A program made the translations under genes and the position numbers. The notes beneath the pieces were generated by a model. It searched no databases. It was not told the origin of the DNA and saw only the letters and a list, made by a program, of their open reading frames with translations. From assembly GCF_009914755.1 (NCBI RefSeq), contig NC_060930.1: a stretch of DNA of 64,000 bases, one strand, 5' to 3'. This DNA is from the human T2T-CHM13v2.0 reference genome, Homo sapiens. Of this stretch, positions 54,708 through 64,000 are shown piece after piece (position 1 is the first letter of the stretch; each line of letters opens with the position of its first letter).

Positions 54708-57700
54708 GTAGGCATTTAAATAATGTTTAAAAATATCAAGCATCAATTCCAAATGTACATAGTTTTCAAGTGTTTAATTCTTTCCAAATATATGGGAGCA
54801 GAAGGGGGCAGTACTCTAAGTCAGTAGTTCTCTATACTGGCTGAGAATAGGAATTTCCTATTCAGTTGTTTAAAGGATTACCATGATATGACCTACTCAT
54901 GGAAGTTTGTTTTCCTTAGGCTTGATGTAGGGACTACATGGTACACTTTTCAAATTTTTCATCAGAAATATTAGTGCCTTCCCTTTCTCTTCACTACTGA
55001 TTCTTCTATGTCCTAAATTGCTCAGAAACACCTGGTGTCTACTCAGGAAAGATGATTCTCTAATACCAGAATGGCATCACAGCTCTGATTGCTCCATTGA
55101 CTCCTTTTTAGGCCCTGAGAGTCATTTCCTTTCTGAGACTGCAGGATCAAGCCTTTCACACAACTAGCCTTTTATCAGATAATGAGTCTGTGTATCTATA
55201 CTGTGCGTACCGTACTTCTCAGTAAATCGTGAGTTGGTGTAGATCTGGAATTGAAAACTAAGTCTTCCAGATTCTTCCTAGTCCAGTATCAAAGACTCTA
55301 CAACTGTTTTCTTAGGACAAACTGTCTTGTGCCTGCAATAGAAAATAGACAGAATGACTAGCCCTGGGCTTCTTTCCCTGTTCCCATGGTGGTTCAATAG
55401 CTTTGTTACATGGCTTCAGTTATGCCTACTACTCCAACTCTAGTTCTCCTGTGTACCAGAAACACAAACCTGCTTGTCAAAAGATAGTAATCCAGTAAAC
55501 AAAATAAATGTGTTTGTTTTTCTGTAACATCAGAATAGTTTATAAAAATAGTCACAAAAATATGGGAAGAAGAAGCAAATACCAATGTAAATAGAGAGTT
55601 TTCCCTATGGCAATGTTACTGAAATAGGAGAATGAAGGTGGTAAGTAGAACAGGGAAAGGACATTTCTGGGCACAGCTCAGAGTTGCAAAGCATGGATAA
55701 ATAAGCGAAGTCCCACAGACTAATTTCAGAACCTTGACTGGATCCATCCCTGAATAGTAAAAAATATTATTATTACTGAATAGTAAGAAGTAAGTTGTTG
55801 TTACTTCTGAAATGGGCACAAATTTAACTTTCCAATCTATTCTCTATTCCTCTAAATAATAATAAATTCATGTGAATATCATCCCCTTTGGAGTGTAACA
55901 CCTTGATTGTAATGTCAATCAAGTTTTGGTTAAAGTCAACAGTATACAATTATCATGTTCTAAATTTTATTTCACTTTACTACTGAAAAGTGCAGTTGTA
56001 AATTGGTGAGTGGTTCTGTGAGCAAAGTGCAAGAACTTAAACAGCCTCTAAAGTCAGATTACGTTTAAGATTTTTTTTTGCTTTTAATATTCTCAGGTAT
56101 TCCCTATATGCAAATTTAGTAATATAAGGTAAAATATTCACAGTCTGGGAGCAAGAATCCTTAAATCTTATACCCAGTTGTATAACAAGCTGTTTTGTAA
56201 TTATGAACTAAATGAGATAATGTTTAAGAAATTGCCTTGAAAACAATAAAGGTAATGTTATTTATTTTCTCTTTAGCTCAGTTTCTTCCACTGCTCATTG
56301 AGAATACTATTAGCTTTTCAGGCCAACTCACAGTGACATACAAAAATTAACTAAATCCTACTAAATTTACTTACTCCCCAGATAGAACTGTGATTCTTAA
56401 AGCTAGTGTAATAATATTTAGTGTAGTTCACCACTATCCTACACAGCAGCAAATTTTATCCCATATCAACCATTATTATCAGGATGCAATATATTTTTCT
56501 ATGTGTACTGTTTGAAGCATATCACATTCTAAGGAAATGTTTGGAAACATCAGGGAATAAAAATGCCAACACATTTAAGATAGTAGTAAGGATTATATGT
56601 TGCAAAAAAAATCACCAATAATTGTGTTTTCTTAGTAATGTGAGATTTAAAAGTTGAAATTGTTTGCATACAATGTTGTGCAATAAACAATGTATGATCC
56701 CATTTTTATATTTGATTTTATAATCATAAAATTATTTCAGGAAGAAGTGAAGTATATTAAATTATAAGTTATTTCAGAAATAAGTAAAGTATATGAAGAT
56801 ATATTAAAATACAGTATTTTTTGAAAGACATTACAAGTTTTTGGCCTTGAATAAAAGGTCAGCATCCTTCTTCATAATACTGTATATAATATTATTGCCT
56901 TTTAGGATGATTTTCCAGTCATGATCAGTTATTATGATACAAATTTCTTAAAAATATATCTTTGATGGCAATTTTCTCTTCATGAGAACTTCTAAACATG
57001 GTGATAGGACAATAATAGTAGGATATGTTAGTGTTTTCAAATAAGAGCAAGGAATTCTCAAAGGAAGGGTATAAAGATGACAGCTATAAGATGAGGGATA
57101 ATTTATTGTTCAGTATGTTATACTTGAGGGAAAAAGAATTTAAAATATGGGCAGACACACTTAAGCTAAATAATTTTTACACAGTAAAAAAAGAGCCATT
57201 GGTGACATTCCTTCTGTACCTTTTGCTTTTACCAATCTTATAAATAGGATCGAAAACTCTACTGTTCCCAACCCACACATTCTTCTATATAACAAGATAT
57301 CTGATTCCTAGTTCTTATTATTCTCTTGCCTTTTCCTCTCCTCATGGCACTGTGGCTGCTTCTGTCCTGACTGCCATTTGTTTCTCTCTGACACTTGTCC
57401 CGACTGCCGTTCATTTTGTTAGACTCCTATCAAGCAGTGGCCCTGAGAGTCAAGGCCATAACTTTTTATATACATATGTTTACTACGTGTAATCTTCTAA
57501 CTTAGTTCATACTATTACACTTTATTATACTCAAGGAAGCAGTTATTTGTCACGTGATTATTTTGGTTAGTGCTAATTGCAAATATGGCTCTAGAGTCAT
57601 GGACTGAAGTAGAGTGTCCTGTCTTCAAGGATATTTTGAGTTTCTTTATCTCCTCTTATATCCTGAAATTTATGAGTTATTCCATTCTCCTTTATTGATT

Positions 57701-58578
57701 TCCAATAGCTCTACCTCTTAAGTTTGATTAGCTTATCATCAACAACGTTATAAATAGAGACTATTCCTTTTTCCTCTCACGACCTAGTGTCTTCTAGCAA
57801 TTCGTCTTTACTTTCCCTACCCCCTGTTCCATAACCTAATTGATTTCTTCATCAGAGAATAATAGCAGGTTCTATTTTATTTTTTAATGTCTTAGTTTTT
57901 CAACTCATACGCATTCTAATTTCATGCCATCTTCTTAGTTTAATGCCATGTTTAGGTTGATTCAGTCCTACCATACGATATGTTAGCATAAAAACAATTT
58001 TTCCTGAAATTATACTGTGAGGTACGGAAAACTTCCATGTCAGTGATTCAATAATTGTTCACGTATTTCTCTTCAGCAATGTCTTTTTTCGCAAACAGAA
58101 ATGTCTGTGTTGCTTACAATTTAAAAATTAGAGGCAGGTTGTCAAAGGAAGCTTGATAATAAAAATATAGTAAAGAAGTCACCAAAATAGATGACAAAAT
58201 GTGTTTGGCCACATCTTTATTGTCCTTTAATTGTGACTCTGGGATCTGAATTGATATGACATAGCCATGTGGTACTCACATGTTCTTTGGTTCAAACTTG
58301 TGGCCTTAAAAGCTTCAAAGTTGCTGTGATCATTTATCTGGGCTGATTTGGAAGACCCACATCCCGGCAGTAGTATGGATTTTTCTTCTGGGCAATATAT
58401 TGTGGCAATATAATAGGGTGCACATGACAACTTATCACCAGGATAGTATATGGAGTAATGGATCATAGTTGCTGTCTTGGAATACAGGCAGAAACTTCAT
58501 TAGAGTCTGGATTTAGGATAACCAATGGCATTGTATTCTTCCATACTGTTCAACTGCTTAGAGTTAGAAACAGGTTTA

Positions 58579-58925
58579 CATTCATTCAGTCACTCAACAG
58601 ATATTCACTGAGTGCCTCTGCCCTGCATTGGTATGAAGCACTGTACATACAGGGGTGAGTCAAAGTCTTTGCTGTCAGGTAAATTAAATTCTTGTAAGGA
58701 GACGCAAATGAATATCTATAGTATGTTCAGTAGGGTAGCTGCTCTGCTGATGAATAAAATAGGATAAGGTAAAAAAGAGCCAAAAGAGAATGGCCAGGGA
58801 AGGCCATTCTGTGATAGGTGACTTTAGAGCTAAAATCTGACTGCAGTGAGGACTGGCCCATGTGGATATTTGCGGAAGGAGTATTATAGGTAGGAGAACA
58901 TTCAGGGTAGGGAACTCTACTCAGG
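58579..58925 (-). mobile_element. L2 (L2a-like) 3' end
   Basis: cattcattcagtcactcaacagatattcactgagtgcct...cagggaaggcc...ggtgactttagagc. Confidence 0.8.
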
Positions 58926-59350
58926 CCAGCATTATCTGGAGCTCTGACCAGGTATAGCCTAGTCTGCAGTCAGTAAATACATATTACTATTCTTAAAAGG
59001 AAGCTAGCTTACATATATTTTTCTTCTTCCCTCTTTCTGACTTCTTAAATTCTCCTCTTTCATTAAAAGATTCCCCACATTCTTTCAGAATCTAATCATT
59101 CTCTCCACCTCCGTTTCTCACATTTTTTGGCATTACATTTATTTTTCAACTTTTTCTATCCACCTCACCATATTCCATTTATCTGTTTCCTTCTGCCTGA
59201 CAAGCCTGACATTGAGCGTACTGCTCCCCCTCTCAAGTCTTCCCCTTTCTGTCCTCCTCTCCATCACTGTCAGGATAAATATCATCATCCCCATTTCTGA
59301 AGACTGGAATCATGCTGTCATCTTCACTCTGTTTTCTATCTCCTCCCATG

Positions 59351-59430
59351 TAGGTTGGTGCAAAAGTAATCGCAGTTTTGCCATTTGAAAGTAATGGCAA
59401 AAACCACAATTATTTTTGTACCAACTCCAA
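59351..59430. mobile_element. MADE1 (Hsmar1-derived mariner MITE)
   Basis: taggttggtgcaaaagtaatcgcagttttgccatt-tgaaagt-aatggcaaaaaccacaattatttttgtaccaac: about 80 bp, palindromic, two mariner TIRs. Confidence 0.93.
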
Positions 59431-59966
59431 AATAATCCAAATGCATTACTATGTAACTAAATTTTAGAGAAATGTTAGTTACTTGATTGCTAGAAGCCAA
59501 TATTTTTCCAAGTGTTTCTAGAAAATCACTGTTGTTACTCATCCATTCGATTATAAAACCTATTCTCCAGAATCTTGTTGATGTTAAGTAACATTTTTAT
59601 GGTAGACAATGCCTTGCCAAAGGTTGATTGGCATGACTCATTATCATCACTCTTCCCTCTGTACAGATGAGTTCATATAAACATTGGAATTTTCAAGAGT
59701 GTTTTTAAAAGATTCATTCAGTGAGAAAAGTATAGAATAATATTAATAAAATTTGATTTTGTATAGCATTATTTTAAACATAGTTTATAGAAATCTTCAC
59801 ATACAAATTATTGTGATGTGTTCAACAACTCCATAAGTGAGATTAAATCTGAGTGCCATGAGCATGTGTCTGGAAAAATTATTTGATCATTTAAGTTATA
59901 AATTAAGAATCACTGAAAGCACAATTAAATATATCTGCAAGAACATTTACCTGAGATTAATCTTTG

Positions 59967-59971
<5 letters not shown>

Positions 59972-60005
<34 letters not shown>
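59972..60005. repeat. (TG)17 microsatellite
   Basis: Perfect dinucleotide run of 34 nt. Confidence 0.97.
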
Positions 60006-60007
<2 letters not shown>

Positions 60008-62127
60008 GCATAATAGATTTTTTCTTTTATATCCCATATGCTTACAGATGTTAATCTCCAGAGAAGAACAATAATTCTCTCAAGAAAGGTGGTTTGTTGC
60101 CTGGCTTTGTTTCACTGACACCCAGTTGGAAGCTCTGATGACAAATAGTCTGCCCATCAGCTTTGCTTCATGAATCCAAAGAAAATGGAACTTATCAGAA
60201 GCTGAGCCTCAAGCTTTACCTGTGCCTGTTATTTGGGCCTTTTCACGCTAGGTTTGGCAGGGGTCTTAGTCTTTCATCATTTGGTTCACCAATAGAAAGA
60301 GAAGGGAGCAGTTGCACTTTTAGGTACCACTCTGCAGACTGCTATATTGCAAAATAAACAAACAATATATTTTTAGGGCACCACCTGCAGCAAGCAGCTG
60401 TACCAAACAGAGCAGAACCACGAAGGATGTGATTTGTTCCATTTAACACGAAGCCTTAAGGTTTGAGAAGAGAGGGAGGAGAAGGTTCTATGTATACAAC
60501 CCACACATCACAATTTAAACTGAAGCTGATTTTCTCTCTTTTTTAGATTGGAATTGAGGTATCATTATATCTCTCCTCCTTTCCCACCCCACAACCTCTG
60601 GTTGAAAACAATTCTATTATTGAGGTTATAACGTTAACTGAGAAAATTATTTTTCTCTGCCAGCAAACTTTCTTTTCCATTCAAGGGCAATTTTCTCTCA
60701 TAGCAAACTATACTTAAATGCCAACATCTGCTACATCTAAGCTGTATATAAAATGATGTCTGGCATTTACATGATGCCAATGACATGGTTAGAGAAACTC
60801 ATACACTTGGCTTACACAGGATTTTCTTCTCATCTATAGCTTTCCTCTATTTCTGTCCTTCCTTAGGATCTGTCTGCCTCTCTAAATGTGCCACACAAGT
60901 TCAAAATACTCTGAAAGCTGAACCTTCAGCTCTTATTCTGATCAACAATCTGTTTTTGCCTTAATCCATTTCTTTCCAGGCATAAAAACTATATAGAGCC
61001 TCATGATAAAAATTTCACCATCCCTGCACTCTCTGAGTATATAGCAGCTGATGCAAGACATATTTTAGGTACTTGGTTTTTTCTTGGATTTAAAAATCTC
61101 TTCGTTCTCTTAATGGCTATTGATTCTGGCCTCACAAACCAAAATCACCATTTCATTTTCAGTTCTAGGTGAGCTGGGATAAATATAATTAAATTATAGA
61201 TGACTCTGGAGGCAATCCAGTTAGTTACAAATTGAGGTCATTCTAAGTACAGAATGGGGCAGTTAGCTTTAATATTAGATTGGCCACCAAGAACCATACA
61301 ATATTTTAATGTTTTTCCTGTCAATGAGCCCATTTTAAAAAACAAAAAAGAGAGAAGAAACTGTTCTAAATATTTATGAAGTGAACTAGAATGCCATTCT
61401 TAAGTCTTCTACCACTTACTAGATTGTTAGTCTGGGGAGAAAATTACATTTCATAGTACTTTCAGATATTGCTCTAGGACTCAGAGAAGTGAGATGAAAG
61501 AATTATAAGTCTGCAATGATGCCTCCAGATAACAGAGGAAATCAAATCTTGTGAGCCGGGAAGCAAAGTTGCCTTCACTGTCATCATCAAGGGGATGATT
61601 TGTAAGAATATTGGGCATGAAATAAATTCTTGCCAAAGTTGTCTACAGGAGTGTCCAATGTGGGAATTGTTGTCATCTCTTTCACCCTTCTAACATTAAA
61701 AGGAACTTACTGAAAAAGTTCTCAGACTGGATTTTGCTAAATTGTGTCTGCTTTGGAATCTTTGTCCATCAGTCAAGTCTCTATGACTATTGGATAGTGC
61801 TTTTAACTCTGTGTGGTCAAAACTTTGGAAGAAGTAAGAGAAATATCTTTCATTCCAAAGAACAAAAGAGGACCATTAGTCAGAGCATCTTTATTTTTCA
61901 TAAAAAGAAAAGTCAGTTAGATTGATCATTCATGAATATTTATAATATATCAGATATTCTTTGGGGCTCTCTGGAAAAAAGTAGTAAGCCTTTGACAATG
62001 AGGCTGTGTGGAATAAGGGAAAGGAATAGATATAACTGATATTAAATAAAGTTAAAAAATGGCTTGACAAAGAAGAGGATTCAACATCTCAGATTATTGA
62101 AACCCTATGTAAAAGATACAGAGACAA

Positions 62128-62195
62128 AGGTTAGGCATCTTCTCTAAGCCTCAGTTTCCTCATCTGTAATAGGCATAACTACTCTCTAACTCATT
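62128..62195 (+). mobile_element. MIR core
   Basis: tctctaagcctcagtttcctcatctgtaa. Confidence 0.75.
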
Positions 62196-62197
62196 TG

Positions 62198-64000
62198 GTA
62201 TTTTTAATTGTTGTAAAAAACACATGACCTGAAATCCACCTTCTCAACAAATTTTTAAGTGTCCAAGACACTGCTGCTGACTGTATGCACATTGTTGTAA
62301 AGCAGATCTCCAGAACTTTACATCTTGCATGGCTGAAAATATACACTCATTGAACAGCAACTCCTCATTTTCTCCCTTCCCCAAGCTTCTGGCACCCACC
62401 ATCATACTCTCTGCTTCTGTGAGTCTCACTACTTTAGATAACTCTTGTTAAGTGGAATCATGTAGTATCTGTCCTTCTGTGATGTGCTTGTCTCATTAAG
62501 CATGATATCCTCTAAGTTCATCTATATTGTTGCCTATAATAGGATGTTCTTCTTTTTAATGCTGAATAACATTCCATGATATGTATATACCACATTTTCT
62601 CTATCCATTCACCTGTCAGCAGATATTTAGGTTGATTTCATATCTTGCCTACTGTGAATAGTGCTGCAGTGAACATGGGAATGCAGATGTTCGTTCAAGA
62701 TTCAATTTTCAGTCCTTTGGCTAAATATCCAAAAGTGAAATTGTTGAATGATATGATCATTTTACTTTTAATTTTTTGAGAACTGTATACTGTTACACCA
62801 TTTTACATTTCAAGCATCAGTACACTAGGGTTCCAGTTTCTCCACATCGTTGTCAACACTTGTTATTTTCTGTTTGGTTGTTGTTGTTGTTTAATAATGG
62901 CCATCCTAACAAGTATGAGGTGATATCTCACTGTGGTTTTGATTTGTATTTCCCGGATGATTAGTGATGTTGAACTTTTTTCATATACCTGTTGGCCATT
63001 TGAATGTCTTTTTTGAAGAAATATTTACTTAAGTTCTTTGCCCATTTTTTAATTGGGTTTTTTTTTCACTATTAAATTTTAGAGGTTTATCATATATTTT
63101 AGATATTAACCTATTATCAGATATATGGTTTACCAATATTTTCCACTATTCCCTAGGTTGCCTTTTCAGTCTGTTTATTATTTCCTTTGCTGTGCAGAAA
63201 CTTTTATTTTAAAGTCTAACTTGTCTATTTTTTGTGGTTGCTTGTGCTTTTTATTTCATATCAAAGAAATCATTACCAAAACCAATGCTATGAAGTTTTC
63301 CACCTATATATCTTCTAGGAGTTTTACAGCTTCTTAAGCCTTTCTTCCATTTTGATTTGGTTTTTGTATATATTAGTTCAGTTTCTTTCTTTTGCATGTG
63401 GATATTTACTTAACATCATTTGTTGTGAAGACTATCATCTCACCATTGTGTAGTCTTGACAACCTTGTCAAAAATCATTTGACTGTATATGCATAGGCTT
63501 CTTTGGCTTATTTTGGGGCTCTCTACTCTGTTTCATTAGTCTATATGTATCTGTTGTTATGCCAGTACCATACTGTTTTGATTATTGTAGCTTTGTAATA
63601 TGTTTTGAAGTCAGGACGTGTGAGGCTTCTGCTTTGTTTTTCTTTCTCAAGATTGTTTGGGCTGTTGGGGTCTTTTTGGTTCCATATGACTATTAGAATA
63701 TTTTTTCTATTTCTGCAAAAAAGAGCCATTGTGCTTTTGATAGAGATTTCATTGAATCTGTAGATTGTTTCCGGTACTATTAACATTTTTAAGAATAGTA
63801 AGTTCTTTCAATCCATGAACATGAATGTCTTTCCATTTATTTATATCTTCTTTAATTACTTAGCAATGTTTTATAGTTTTCAGGGTACAAGCCTTTCATA
63901 TCATTTGTTAAGTTTATTCTTAAGTATTTTATTCCTTTAGATGTGATTATAAGTGAGATTTTCTTAATTTCTTTTTCAGATTATTTGCTGTTAATGTATA
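62198..64000 (-). mobile_element. L1MA10/L1MB1-like 3' UTR and ORF2 end, running off the window
   Basis: caaatttttaagtgt...gcagatctccagaact...aagtggaatcatg 3' UTR. The minus-strand ORF at 63541-63786 (IYRFN...PDFKTYYKATIIKTVWYWH) is L1 ORF2. Confidence 0.93.

Overview
AT-rich, repeat-dense primate genomic DNA. A consensus-perfect AluYa5 marks it as human. The only supportable coding sequence is one 201-nt, phase 0-0 internal exon on the + strand (47506-47706). Its translation [24 protein letters not shown]...HSSLQIVLA matches, from memory, NKAIN2 (Na+/K+-ATPase interacting 2; probably exon 4, about residues 92-158). The rest of the window is therefore the two very long flanking introns. They hold 13 Alus, a near-full-length decayed L1MA, other L1/HAL1, L2 and MIR relics, a complete MST-type MaLR provirus, ERV1 solo LTRs (LTR1-like, MER67-like), MLT1 LTRs, DNA-transposon MITEs (MER5A, MER94, MADE1) and microsatellites. 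The other ORFs in the track look like repeat-derived or chance frames. I see no evidence of a novel multi-gene system. The best leads are: a 291-bp microinversion inside an ancient L1 ORF1, bounded by a perfect 11-bp inverted repeat; a perfect 24-bp palindrome beside a 14-bp one, 1.6 kb upstream of the exon; a young, probably polymorphic AluYa5; and the exon's splicing architecture (symmetric and stop-free, ACUAAC upstream, in-frame intron read-through, flanking inverted repeats). Repeat subfamily names come from recalled consensus sequences, and boundaries of old repeats are approximate.
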